A DNA stretch of 37,804 nt from IMG/VR virus record IMGVR_UViG_2565956716_000007; one strand, written 5' to 3'. The DNA is from a virus. Taxonomy: Duplodnaviria; Heunggongvirae; Uroviricota; Caudoviricetes. The notes under the pieces are model-generated. The model was not told where the DNA came from. It did not search any database and was given only the letters and a program-made list of their open reading frames with translations. Position numbers and translations under genes: made by a program. Below are positions 37,761 through 37,804 of the stretch, in pieces (the first letter of the stretch is position 1; each line of letters starts with the position of its first letter).

Positions 37761-37804
37761 CCGCCAGCTCAACAAATAAATCAAGGGGTTACGTGAAAGC
37801 GTAG
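37761..37804 (+). repeat. degenerate third copy of ssrA 3' end plus terminator start
   Basis: CCGCCAGCTC-AACAAATAAATCAAGGGGTTACGTGAAAGCGTAG matches 1046..1090 with one deletion and one substitution; truncated by the window edge. Confidence 0.55.

Noticed and set aside
37331-37804. 157-aa plus-strand ORF at the window end
   Set aside because: Runs antisense to the recombinase remnant and through the degenerate att copy; low-complexity translation, more likely spurious.
1-37804. CRISPR array, rRNA or canonical tRNA genes
   Set aside because: No regularly spaced short direct repeats or rRNA-like segments seen on either strand; the only tRNA-like structure is the 3' end of tmRNA and its two copies.

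Overview
The window is an enterobacterial (E. coli-like) smpB-ssrA locus carrying a ~33-kb P2/186-family prophage (1061..34203), bounded by exact 45-bp direct repeats of the ssrA 3' end. Downstream lies a decayed island remnant (frameshifted autotransporter adhesin pseudogene, Pin-like recombinase fragment) that ends at the window edge in a third, degenerate copy of the ssrA 3' end plus terminator. The prophage is a mosaic: P2-type late genes in canonical order (ogr-D-U-T-E/E'-FII-FI, G-H-I-J-W-V-S-R, lysis cassette, X-L-M-N-O, divergent P-Q), a Hin/Gin/Pin-type invertase with an invertible tail-fibre segment, and a 186-type early region (cI-apl-cII, Dam methylase, TraR-like protein, replication gene A, LexA-boxed tum/DinI-like module). 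Three AT-rich cargo genes occupy classic moron positions: a 413-aa protein with a TIR-like N-terminus between portal gene Q and the putative cos (the strongest candidate for an undescribed single-gene anti-phage system), a 506-aa protein with a PD-(D/E)xK-like motif between int and the right att, and a BRCT-like protein between the left att and ogr. No CRISPR array, rRNA or canonical tRNA gene was seen. All homology statements are from reading the translated ORFs and recalling family signatures; no database search was run.
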